Shown: one piece after another, positions 12,319-20,950 of the stretch
How the letters are laid out: each line of letters begins with the position of its first letter
Position numbering within the stretch: position 1 is the stretch's first letter
From: Propionibacteriales bacterium
Lineage (GTDB): Bacteria; Actinomycetota; Actinomycetes; Propionibacteriales; Nocardioidaceae
Length of the DNA stretch: 64,000 bases
Assembly (NCBI GenBank): GCA_038198965.1
Contig: JBBPZH010000018.1
Coordinates: 6,209-70,208 of the forward strand
Direction: 5' to 3'
Notes under the pieces: generated by a model
Databases searched by the model: none
What the model saw: the letters and a program-made list of their open reading frames with translations, nothing else
What the model was told of the DNA's origin: nothing
Position numbers and translations under genes: made by a program

Positions 12319-13371
12319 TTACGCAAGGCGCCAGGCCATGCGGTCCGCGGCGACCCAGCCGGACCGGATGGCGTACGGGGCGGGTGGTGCTGCTGCGACG
12401 AGTCGGTGGCCGGTCGCCACAGTGCGGCAGCGCTCGACGAGTTGTCCGGCGGCGTACCAGGCTGTGGCTTCGGCGCCGGCACGTACGTCGACCTGCACGT
12501 TCCACACCCGTTGGTCGCCGCTGCCTTGGCGGTCGACCCTCAGCGCCAGGTCCTGGTCGGGCTCTGTCGCGAGGTGCTCGAACGGCACGTCCTCGTCTGC
12601 TGTCAGGCGCGGGAAGTGTGCCAATGCCACTGTGTCGGCTCGCAGCGCCGCTGCGGTCACCGCTTCGCGCGCGCCGAGGCCGAACAGGTCGGCTTCGGCG
12701 GCGCGCACGAGGGCTTTTGCCCCGCCGCCGGCCGTTCCCAACGGGAGAATAGCCGCGGCGAGCCCACGGACGACCGCTATCGGACATCCGGTCGCCTTGC
12801 CCTTCACCAAATCGGCTGCGCCCGCCACTTCGTCGGCGATGGCCGGCATGGTGACCTCGAGTCGGCGCCCGTACCCGTCAACTGCTCCGCGCAGGTCGCT
12901 GACCGCCGGCAGGCCGGCACAACCGATGGCTATGTCGGTCTGTCCCACGCGCCACGCTCGCCCCGCCGTGTCGGTGATGATGACCGCCACGTTGCGCCCG
13001 GTCGTCTCGGCGATTGTTGCGCGGAGGTCCGAAGCCATGGCGTCCGCGTCAACAGGCAGCAAGACCACAGTGCCGGGTGGCGTGTTCGACGCGTCGACCC
13101 CGGCGGCGGCCAGCACCAGTCCGTGCGAGGTCTCGCTGATCACGGTCTCACTCCGCCGGGCAACCACGCGAACGGTTTCGGCGTGCGTCCAAGCCTTACG
13201 AGTGCCGTTGACCACACGACCAGTCGCCTTGCTGACGACCTTGCTGGTGATGACGACGACATCTCCGTCTTGCAGCGTCGCAGTGTCGGCGAGCAATCGG
13301 CCGAGATCGTCACCTGCCTGCACCTCGGGCCAGCGCACGGCCTGGATCTGGAGTGCCGAGGGCGGCCTCAC
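12319..13371 (-). CDS. fbiB: coenzyme F420-0:L-glutamate ligase (CofE/FbiB N-domain) with a short unrecognised C-terminal tail
   Basis: GDVVVITSKVVSKATGR...AAGVDASN...VIITDTAGRAWRVGQTDIAIG...VKGK is the CofE core. The GTG at 13371 overlaps the cofD TGA (GTGA). Confidence 0.85.
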   Translation of the reverse strand: MRPPSALQIQAVRWPEVQAGDDLGRLLADTATLQDGDVVVITSKVVSKATGRVVNGTRKAWTHAETVRVVARRSETVISETSHGLVLAAAGVDASNTPPGTVVLLPVDADAMASDLRATIAETTGRNVAVIITDTAGRAWRVGQTDIAIGCAGLPAVSDLRGAVDGYGRRLEVTMPAIADEVAGAADLVKGKATGCPIAVVRGLAAAILPLGTAGGGAKALVRAAEADLFGLGAREAVTAAALRADTVALAHFPRLTADEDVPFEHLATEPDQDLALRVDRQGSGDQRVWNVQVDVRAGAEATAWYAAGQLVERCRTVATGHRLVAAAPPAPYAIRSGWVAADRMAWRLA

Positions 13372-14348
13372 CGGCGGGCTACGACGGTTTCCGCCAGCTT
13401 CAGGACGTTCCTGGCAAGTGCCTCGGAGGTGCCGGCGTCGCGCAGATACAGCGGGACGGCGCCTGCGGCCAGGCCAAGCTCGTCGAGCGCTGGCAGGGCT
13501 CCGGCATCTGACTCGTCCACCAGCCAAGCATCCAGCAAACCTCCTGATCGCCGACTGCCGTAGTGGCGACCGACCGCCGCAGCGCTGACTTCGACGCCGA
13601 TCACCGGAAGCAGCCGGTCGGCCATGCCTCGCACCGGTGCGCCCCTGATGATCGGCGACACCCCAACGGCCACCCCAGGCGCCGTACGAACGGCTTCGGC
13701 GATGCCCGGCACGGCCAAGATCGTGCCGATGGAGACCACCGGATTGGACGGCGCGAAGATGATCAGGTCGGCCTCGGCCAGCGCGTCCAGGACCCGCGGC
13801 CCCGGTGTCGACTCCTCGGCTCCGACCGCGACGACGGAGTGTGCCGCCGGAGCGTGCAGCCGCACCCAGTACTCCTGGAAGTGAAGCGCCCGCCGTTCAC
13901 CATCGGCGTCGTCGAGCACGACGTGCGTCTCGACCCGGTCATCCGTCATGGGCAGGAGCCGGACACCGGGCTGCCAGCGCTCGCACAGCGCCTCGGTCAC
14001 CGCCGACAGCGGATAGCCGGCCGCGAGCATCTGCGACCGCACGACGTGCGTCGCCAAGTCGCGGTCACCCAGCCCGAACCAAGCGGGCTCTACGCCGTAC
14101 GCCGCCAGCTCCTCCGCCGCGTGCCACGTCTCGTCACTTCGACCCCAGCCACGCTCGGCGTCGATGCCGCCGCCGAGGGTGTACATCACCGTGTCGAGGT
14201 CGGGACAGATCCGCAGCCCGAACAGCCAGATGTCGTCGGCGGTGTTGCCGATCACCGTGATCGTGTCCGTGTCCGGGTCGGTTGCGGCTCGCAACCCGAG
14301 CAGGAACCGGGCGCCACCGATGCCACCCGCGAGCACCGTGATCCGCAT
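13368..14348 (-). CDS. fbiA: 2-phospho-L-lactate (EPPG) transferase
   Basis: MRITVLAGGIGGARFLLGL...VIGNTADD...PSNPVVSIGTIL are CofD/FbiA motifs. Confidence 0.9.
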   Translation of the reverse strand: MRITVLAGGIGGARFLLGLRAATDPDTDTITVIGNTADDIWLFGLRICPDLDTVMYTLGGGIDAERGWGRSDETWHAAEELAAYGVEPAWFGLGDRDLATHVVRSQMLAAGYPLSAVTEALCERWQPGVRLLPMTDDRVETHVVLDDADGERRALHFQEYWVRLHAPAAHSVVAVGAEESTPGPRVLDALAEADLIIFAPSNPVVSIGTILAVPGIAEAVRTAPGVAVGVSPIIRGAPVRGMADRLLPVIGVEVSAAAVGRHYGSRRSGGLLDAWLVDESDAGALPALDELGLAAGAVPLYLRDAGTSEALARNVLKLAETVVARR

Positions 14349-14432
14349 GAGGGCAGGTTAGCCACCTGCCGCCGTACGCCTGGTGTGGCAGGCTGAGCCG
14401 GTCAGACGAGCGGCTCAGCACCGGGAGTCACC

Positions 14433-15266
14433 ATGGTCACCGACGCGTTGAAGAGGTCGCGCGGGCTGCTTTCCTATGGTCTGCTCGCCGTCGCCGCCCT
14501 GTACCTGGTCAGCGGACTCTCGCTGATGTTCAAGAGCAAGGATGCTGTCGGCCTCGACTTCGCCGGCAAATCGGCAGCCTTCGGTTACCTGTTTGGGTCT
14601 CCGGTCCTGATCGTGTGCCTTGTCGCTGCCGTTGCGCTGGTCAGCGGGCTGGGGGAGCCCGCCTCGAACGCCCGCGCCGTCGTCCTCGCCGCGCTGGTGA
14701 TCGCCGGTCTGGCGTTCGTCCTGGCGGTGATCACGTTCTTTGCCAGCCTCGGGGCCGGCGAGAGCGGCTATGGCCCCGGGATCTTCGGAGGGGTTCTCGG
14801 CGCCGGCAAGATCGTCGGGGTGCTGCTTGGCGTCGCGCGGCTGCTGCTCCTTGGACTGGCTGCGTGGTTCACCTACAGCGTCCTCCGCGCGTCTCCAAAG
14901 ACGGTCCCGCAGTCTGCCTCGGGGCAGCACTCGGCGCAGGGGTACGACGGCTCGGCCGGCCCCGGTCAGACGGGCTGGAGCCAGCCGGAGGGCGGCGAAC
15001 TACATCGGGGCTGGGACCGGCCACCCGGCGCGGGTGACGCGAGTCCGCCCGGGGCGACGGCGGCTAGCTGGGCTGATCCGTATCAGGGTCAACCGGAGCA
15101 GCAGGGGCTCCCTGCATCCCAGTGGTTGCAGCCGGAGGCCAGCTACCTACCCGCGCCCGGGGCGCAACCCGGAACCCCAGCGCCGGCTGATCCAGGGCAA
15201 GAGGCGCCGGTCGAGGGCGAGCAACCGCCTCAGCGGCAGAGCTGGTGGCAGGGGCCGACGACGTAG
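14433..15266 (+). CDS. integral membrane protein with a Pro/Gln-rich tail (hypothetical)
   Basis: Four or five hydrophobic helices followed by a low-complexity tail (PGQTGWSQPEGG...QPEQQGLP). No family recognised. Confidence 0.55.
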   Translation: MVTDALKRSRGLLSYGLLAVAALYLVSGLSLMFKSKDAVGLDFAGKSAAFGYLFGSPVLIVCLVAAVALVSGLGEPASNARAVVLAALVIAGLAFVLAVITFFASLGAGESGYGPGIFGGVLGAGKIVGVLLGVARLLLLGLAAWFTYSVLRASPKTVPQSASGQHSAQGYDGSAGPGQTGWSQPEGGELHRGWDRPPGAGDASPPGATAASWADPYQGQPEQQGLPASQWLQPEASYLPAPGAQPGTPAPADPGQEAPVEGEQPPQRQSWWQGPTT

Positions 15267-15352
15267 CGAGCCGCTGCAACAAGCCGGCCATCGGCGGCTC
15301 CATCGAGGGTGATTCGGTCGGCGGATCTGGTGCTCGGCTTGACGTGAGCCGT

Positions 15353-15402
15353 ATTACAGGCTTGTAATTTGTAGGTGCCGCACTTCCCTACCAGAGCGGC
15401 AC
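15353..15402 (+). promoter_or_regulatory. palindrome ATTACAggctTGTAAT plus a 7-bp stem-loop in the whiB2 upstream region
   Basis: ATTACA (15353-58) and TGTAAT (15363-68) form a palindrome in an unusually AT-rich patch. GTGCCGC (15375-81) and GCGGCAC (15396-402) form the stem. The whole element is 34-83 nt upstream of the whiB2 start. Confidence 0.3.
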
Positions 15403-15435
15403 AAGTGCAGAACTGGGTCGAGGAGGCGAGTCGCG

Positions 15436-15690
15436 TTGCGAGACTTCGAGGTGCTCGAGAGCGACGCCGAAGAACTCATGTGGCAGGAGCGCGCCCTCTG
15501 CGCGCAAACTGACCCCGAGGCGTTCTTCCCCGAAAAGGGCGGTTCGACGCGAGAGGCCAAACGGGTCTGCTTGTCGTGTGAGGTGCGAGGCGAATGCCTC
15601 GAATACGCGCTGCTGCATGATGAGCGGTTCGGCATCTGGGGTGGCCTGTCGGAGCGGGAGCGGCGCAAGCTGAAGAAGCGGGCCGTCTAG
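15436..15690 (+). CDS. whiB2: WhiB-family transcription factor, WhiB2/WhmD type
   Basis: WQERALCAQTDPEAFFPEKGGSTREAKRVCLSCEVRGECLEYALLHDERFGIWGGLSERERR. The 4-Cys cluster and GIWGG turn are nearly identical to mycobacterial WhiB2 as I recall it. Confidence 0.9.
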   Translation: MRDFEVLESDAEELMWQERALCAQTDPEAFFPEKGGSTREAKRVCLSCEVRGECLEYALLHDERFGIWGGLSERERRKLKKRAV

Positions 15691-15692
15691 CT

Positions 15693-16049
15693 TCAAGCGT
15701 CGGTTGAGCGCAGCAGCCGAAGGTGCGGTCGGCGACCGGCAGCGGCCGCCGACACCGTCGCCTCCGCGGGGGGTCGCGGCCTGGCCGCCTCGCGGACCGC
15801 GTCGGCGAGCGCCAGCAGGTCGTCCCCACTGGGCTGGGGAGGGCCGACGTCGCGGCAGAGCTTTATGACGTCCCACCCGCGCGGAACGCTGAGTCGTTCG
15901 GCATGTTGGGTGCACAAGTCGTACGCGTGGGGCTCGGCGTACGTCGCCAGCGGTCCGAGCACCGCGGTGGAGTCCCGGTAGTCGTAGGTGAGCGTGGCCA
16001 CGGCCGCTCGAGCGCAGGCACTGCGGGAGCAGAGCCGGCGACGGGTCAC
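15693..16049 (-). CDS. DUF3499-type protein (Rv3259-like)
   Basis: The GTG at 16049 gives VTRRRLCSRSACARAAVATLTYDYRDSTAVLGPL...EPHAYDLCTQHAERLSVPRGWDV. Confidence 0.7.
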   Translation of the reverse strand: MTRRRLCSRSACARAAVATLTYDYRDSTAVLGPLATYAEPHAYDLCTQHAERLSVPRGWDVIKLCRDVGPPQPSGDDLLALADAVREAARPRPPAEATVSAAAAGRRPHLRLLRSTDA

Positions 16050-16191
16050 GTTCGCTGACGCTACCGGCGACGCGTGCTGCAGCGCCGCATTGCGTTCCCC
16101 CCGGTCCGCTGTGTCCTGGTAGCGAACGTCGCTGGACCGACCCACCGGCGACCGAACCGCGTCCTGCCCTGCGGGAGGCAACAATGGGCGC

Positions 16192-16644
16192 ATGCAGCAA
16201 CCGCCGACCGTGGTGGCCGAGCGCCGACCTGGCGGGCCGAGGGACCGGCGGGGGCGCGGCGTGCGCGGTGTGATGTGGTTGCCCGGCCCGTTGAGCCCGC
16301 GGGCCGCCGAGTTGCTCCCCACCCGGCGAGACGACTTTGACGATCTGGTGCTGTCGCTCGTCGACCGGTTGTCGGCGCGCTTGGGCCATGACCTCGATGA
16401 TGTGGAGTTCGGCACCGAGGACGTGCCGGCCCTCAGCGACGATTGGACTGAACCGGTGCCACTCGGTTCACACGTCCCCGGTACTTCGGGGTCGCCGGCG
16501 CGCGTGGTCCTTTTTCGCCGGCCCATCGAGGCGCGCGCCAAGACCCGCCCGGAGCGGGTGCTGCTGGTGCACGCGCAGCTCGTCGACCAGGTGTCGGCGC
16601 TGCTGGGGTGCGACCCTGACGATCTCGGCGGCCTGGATGACTGA
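16192..16644 (+). CDS. conserved hypothetical protein (Rv3258c-like, putative metallopeptidase-fold)
   Basis: Acidic protein (DDFDDLVLSLVDRL...VEFGTEDVP...). Its position next to DUF3499 and whiB2 matches the mycobacterial arrangement. The start codon is uncertain. Confidence 0.5.
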   Translation: MQQPPTVVAERRPGGPRDRRGRGVRGVMWLPGPLSPRAAELLPTRRDDFDDLVLSLVDRLSARLGHDLDDVEFGTEDVPALSDDWTEPVPLGSHVPGTSGSPARVVLFRRPIEARAKTRPERVLLVHAQLVDQVSALLGCDPDDLGGLDD

Positions 16645-16677
16645 TCTCAGAGCAGGCACGCCGTTAGGCTGACGCCC

Positions 16678-17610
16678 ATGCCTGTGTTCGCCAAGCCGCT
16701 CACCGCTTCTGTTGGAGTCGTCAGTGCAGTGGTGGCGCTCGCTCTTGCCGGGTGCGCGCCGGCCGACAACAGCGCAGGCTCGCCGTCTCCGTCTCCGTCT
16801 CCGTCCTCCGGCGGCAGCTCCACCATGCACTCGACGACTCCGTCGGGAGCATCCGATCCGTGTGCGCCTGGGCAGCTTCGCCTGGTCAAGCCGGGGACAC
16901 TCACGATCGGCACCGACTCACCCGCCTACGATCCGTGGTTCCGGCACAACGACCCCACCAACGGGCAGGGCTTCGAAAGCGCCGTCGCGTACGCCGTCGC
17001 GCACCAGCTGGGCTTCAGTGACTCCCAGGTCACCTGGGCGAACGTGCCGTTCAACAGCTCGTATGCACCCGGAGCCAAAAGCTTCGACTTCGACATCAAC
17101 CAGATCTCGATCACACCGCAACGCGCGCAGGTGGTGGACTTCTCCAAGGGGTACTACCAAGCGGCTCAGGCGCTCGTCGTCCTCGACAAGTCGCCGTACG
17201 CCTCTGCTCACTCGATCGCTGGCCTCAAGAGCGCCAAGCTGGGCGCTCAGGTCGGCACCACATCGCTCACCGCAGCCAACGACGTCATAGCGCCGAGCAC
17301 GCCGGTCGCTGTCTATGACGACACCAACGCAGCGAAACAGGCACTGCTCAACGGCCAGATCGACGCCATCGTCGTCGACCTGCCGACCGCCTTCTACATC
17401 ACGGCGGCTCAGATCCCGCACTCGACCATCGTCGGCCAGTTCCAGCCGACAAGGGGCCAGGTCGAACGGTTCGGGATGCTGTTCGAGAAGGGCAACCCGC
17501 TCGTTTCTTGTGTCAACCAGGCGCTGGGGAAGCTCAAGCAGTCCGGCAAGCTGGCCGCGATCCAGAAGCGGTGGCTGAGCTCGGTCGTCAACGTGCCCGA
17601 GCTGAGCTGA
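16678..17610 (+). CDS. amino-acid ABC transporter substrate-binding lipoprotein
   Basis: Lipobox LALAGC, a PSPSPSPSSGG linker, then a family-3 SBP body (LTIGTDSPAYDPW...DFDINQISIT...DAIVVDLPTA). Confidence 0.85.
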   Translation: MPVFAKPLTASVGVVSAVVALALAGCAPADNSAGSPSPSPSPSSGGSSTMHSTTPSGASDPCAPGQLRLVKPGTLTIGTDSPAYDPWFRHNDPTNGQGFESAVAYAVAHQLGFSDSQVTWANVPFNSSYAPGAKSFDFDINQISITPQRAQVVDFSKGYYQAAQALVVLDKSPYASAHSIAGLKSAKLGAQVGTTSLTAANDVIAPSTPVAVYDDTNAAKQALLNGQIDAIVVDLPTAFYITAAQIPHSTIVGQFQPTRGQVERFGMLFEKGNPLVSCVNQALGKLKQSGKLAAIQKRWLSSVVNVPELS

Positions 17611-17636
17611 CCGGCGCTGAGCTCAGCCGGCGGCCC

Positions 17637-18480
17637 ATGGGCCAAGTCCGATCTCCAGATCGGTCGCGAGCGCGTCCGACGGCGCCGTGCCCGCCGCTCG
17701 ACGCTGATCGCTACGGCATCGACCCTCGTTGTCCTCGGCGGCCTCGCTGTCTTCATCGCGTCGTCGCCAGGCTGGCCGCGGGTCCGTGACACCTTCTTCT
17801 CGTGGCCAGACGCGCGGGCTTCCTTCCCGGCTATCGCCGACGGCTTCTGGCTGAACGTCAAGCTCTTCCTGGTTGCCGAGCCCGTCATCTTGGCGGTGGG
17901 TCTCGCGGTCGCCGTGGTGCGCGGAACCCGCTCGCCGCTGCTGTTTCCACTCCGGGCACTTGCGGTCGCGTACGTCGACCTCTTCCGCGGCATCCCCACC
18001 CTGTTGCTCGTGTTCCTGGTGGGGTTCGGGTTGCCGGCGCTCCGGCTGCAGGGCATCCCGACGAGCCTCTTCTGGTTGGGGCTCATCGCGCTGACGCTGT
18101 CGTACGGCGCCTATGTCGCCGAGGTATTCCGCTCCGGCATCGAATCCGTGCACCCAAGTCAGCGGGCGGCGGCTCGTTCACTTGGGCTCTCCTCCGGGCA
18201 GACATTGCGCAGCGTCGTCTTGCCGCAGGCAATCCGGCGGGTGCTGCCGCCGCTGCTCAACGACTTCGTCTCGCTGCAAAAGGACACCGCACTGATCGCC
18301 GTGCTCGGTTTCGGTGAATCGCTGCGCCAAGCGGGCATCTATGCCTCCTTCAACTTCAACTACACCCCCTACGTCGTGGCGGCCCTCTTCTTCATCGCGC
18401 TGACTGTCCCCCTCGCCCGGGTCACCGACTGGCTGAGCGCCCGAGCGCTCGCTCGCCAACACTCCGAGGGCGCCGTGTGA
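17637..18480 (+). CDS. amino-acid ABC transporter permease (start unresolved; canonical in-frame start only at TTG 17890)
   Basis: Permease core FRGIPTLLLVFLVGFGLPAL...EAARSLG-like QRAAARSLGLS...LPPLLNDFVSLQKDTAL. The frame is open and membrane-like back to 17611 with no ATG/GTG/TTG. The ATG at 17637 is +1 relative to it (see findings). Confidence 0.7.
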
Positions 18481-19208
18481 GCGAGCTTCTCGTCGAGAAC
18501 GTCTGGAAGCAGTTCCGCACCTCGGTCGTTCTTCGCGGCGTCGACCTCGCTGTCGACTCACACCAAGTGGTGGCTCTGATCGGTGCCTCGGGTTCGGGCA
18601 AGTCGACGCTGCTGCGTTGCATCAACCTGCTCGAAACCGTCGACGACGGCCGGATCGTCTTCGCGGGCCGCGACATCACCGATCCAGCCGTTCGGCCAGA
18701 CGACGTACGCCGCTCGATCGGCATGGTCTTCCAGTCCTACAACTTGTTCCCGCACCTATCGGTGCTCGACAACGTCACGCTGGCCGCCCGCAAGGTGCAC
18801 CGGATGCCACGCTCGGTGGCCAACGACAGGGCGGCCACGCTGCTCTCCCGCTTCGGGTTGGGTGACAAGGCGACCGCTTATCCGGACCGCCTGAGCGGTG
18901 GGCAACAGCAGCGGGCGGCGTTCGCCCGTTCACTGATGACCGATCCTCGGCTGCTGCTGCTCGACGAGGTGACCTCGGCCCTCGACCCGGAGCTGGTCGG
19001 TGAGGTACTGGAGATCATTCGCGGACTCGCTGCGGGCGGAATGACGATGGTCATGGCCACACACGAGATGCAGTTCTGCCGGGAGGTCGCCGACCGGGTC
19101 TGCTTCATCGACGATGGTCGGGTGCTGGAGGAGGCAGCTCCCGAGGACCTGTTCACGTCGCCGCAGCAGCAGCGCACGCGGGAGTTCCTTCGCCGAATCG
19201 TGGGGTGA
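18477..19208 (+). CDS. amino-acid ABC transporter ATP-binding protein (GlnQ-like)
   Basis: [47 protein letters not shown] overlap with the permease stop. Confidence 0.9.
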   Translation: MSELLVENVWKQFRTSVVLRGVDLAVDSHQVVALIGASGSGKSTLLRCINLLETVDDGRIVFAGRDITDPAVRPDDVRRSIGMVFQSYNLFPHLSVLDNVTLAARKVHRMPRSVANDRAATLLSRFGLGDKATAYPDRLSGGQQQRAAFARSLMTDPRLLLLDEVTSALDPELVGEVLEIIRGLAAGGMTMVMATHEMQFCREVADRVCFIDDGRVLEEAAPEDLFTSPQQQRTREFLRRIVG

Positions 19209-19229
19209 CCGCTCTGCGAAGATGACGCC

Positions 19230-20633
19230 GTGGCTGACCCGGCGGCGATCTTCAAGGCGTACGACGTCCGGGGCCTAGTCCCCGATCAGCTCGACGAGGC
19301 GACGGCCAGCGCGATCGGCGACGCTTTCGTTCGAGAGGTCGCAGGCGAAACCCGGCCGAGCTCGGTGGTCGTGGGTCACGACATGCGGCCAACATCACCG
19401 GGGCTCGCTGGTGCCTTCGCTGACGGCGCGCGCGCTGCTGGTGCCGACGTCACCGACATCGGCCTCGTGTCTACCGACGAGCTGTATTTCGCCTCGGGTC
19501 AGTTCGGCATGGCCGGCGCCATGGTCACGGCGTCGCACAATCCCGCGGACTACAACGGGATCAAGCTGTGCCGCGCTGGGGCTGTTGCCATCGGCCTCGA
19601 CTCTGGGCTCGCCGCAATCAGGGACCGGGTAGCGACCGCGCTTGTTGAGTCGGCTGCGAGTCGCCAAGTGCGCTTGGGGCAATCGACACCGGTCACGGTG
19701 CGGCGCGGCGGCATCCAGCAGCTCGATGTGCTGCCGGCGTACGCCAAGCACCTGCGCCGGCTCGTGCCGGTGACTGGTCGCCGGCTCAAGGTCGTGGTCG
19801 ACGCGGCCAACGGCATGGCTGGCCACACCGTGCCCGCCGTCCTCGCCGGACTCGACGTCGAGCTGGTCCCGCTCTACTTCGAGCTCGACGGAACCTTTCC
19901 GCATCACGAAGCCAATCCCCTGGACGCTGCCAACCTGCGTGATCTGCAAGCAGCGGTGATGCGAAACAGCGCAGACCTCGGCCTCGCCTTCGACGGTGAC
20001 GCCGACCGTTGCTTTGCCGTCGACGAGCGCGGGAAGTCGGTGTCGCCATCGGCGCTTACCGGGTTGATCGCCGCGCGCGAGCTCGCCCGCGAGCCGGGGG
20101 CAGCGGTCGTGCACAACCTGATCACGAGCCGGGCGGTGCCGGAGCTGGTGCGCCGGCTCGGCGGTGTACCGGTGCGCACACGGGTTGGGCACTCGTTCAT
20201 CAAGGCAGTCATGGCACAACAAGACGCCGTCTTCGGCGGCGAGCACTCTGGTCACTTCTACTTCCGGGACTTCTGGTACGCCGACTCCGGCATGCTGGCC
20301 GCCTTGCACCTGCTCGCCGCACTCGCCGAAGACACGCGGCCGGCTTCGCAGGTCGTGGCCGAGTTCGATCCCTACGTCGCGTCCGGTGAGGTCAATAGCG
20401 TTGTCGACCGGTCCGAGCCGGTGCTCGCGGACCTCGAGGCGGCGTACGTTGCTCGGCCGGAGACCGAGTTGGACTTCCTCGACGGATTGACGGTGACGGC
20501 GTCGCGGTGGTGGTTCAATGTGCGCCCGTCGAACACTGAGCCGCTGCTGCGGCTCAACGTCGAGGCCGACGACTCTGCGACGATGGAGTCGGTGCGGGAC
20601 GAGGTGCTCGCGATGATCAGGAGGGGCAGATGA
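19230..20633 (+). CDS. phosphomannomutase/phosphoglucomutase
   Basis: Active-site TASHNPADYNGIK, Mg loop FDGDADRC, GEHSGH sugar loop. Confidence 0.9.
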   Translation: MADPAAIFKAYDVRGLVPDQLDEATASAIGDAFVREVAGETRPSSVVVGHDMRPTSPGLAGAFADGARAAGADVTDIGLVSTDELYFASGQFGMAGAMVTASHNPADYNGIKLCRAGAVAIGLDSGLAAIRDRVATALVESAASRQVRLGQSTPVTVRRGGIQQLDVLPAYAKHLRRLVPVTGRRLKVVVDAANGMAGHTVPAVLAGLDVELVPLYFELDGTFPHHEANPLDAANLRDLQAAVMRNSADLGLAFDGDADRCFAVDERGKSVSPSALTGLIAARELAREPGAAVVHNLITSRAVPELVRRLGGVPVRTRVGHSFIKAVMAQQDAVFGGEHSGHFYFRDFWYADSGMLAALHLLAALAEDTRPASQVVAEFDPYVASGEVNSVVDRSEPVLADLEAAYVARPETELDFLDGLTVTASRWWFNVRPSNTEPLLRLNVEADDSATMESVRDEVLAMIRRGR

Positions 20634-20950
20634 AGCTCGACCCGGTGCTGATGGAAATCCTTGTCTGCCCTGATTGCAAGGGAACGCTGACGGCCGACGC
20701 CGAGCACGACGAGCTGATCTGTGACGAGTGCGGACTCACCTACCCGGTGCGTGACGACATCCCCGTCATGCTCGTCGACGAGGCTCGACAGCCCGGCTCG
20801 CCGCGGCTCCCTTCAGGGGAGACCGCCACCGCCGACGTGAGCGGCGCTGATGATGCGACCTTTGGCGATGAGCCGGTACGCCCGATCGACGTGCCGCCGG
20901 CAGACGGCTCGCCGAAGGAGGGCGGTCTGGCGCAAGGGTCCGATGGCTGA
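20630..20950 (+). CDS. Trm112-family zinc-ribbon protein with a low-complexity tail
   Basis: LVCPDCKGTL...LICDECGLTYPVRDDIPVMLVDEA. ATGA overlap with the upstream stop. Confidence 0.75.
   Translation: MKLDPVLMEILVCPDCKGTLTADAEHDELICDECGLTYPVRDDIPVMLVDEARQPGSPRLPSGETATADVSGADDATFGDEPVRPIDVPPADGSPKEGGLAQGSDG

Noticed and set aside
16786-16812. Short PSPSPSPSS-coding repeat in the binding-protein gene, and a GDGDGDGD-coding run at about 53515-53540.
   Set aside because: These are ordinary low-complexity linker or acidic runs of a few codons, not structured repeats or VNTRs of note.
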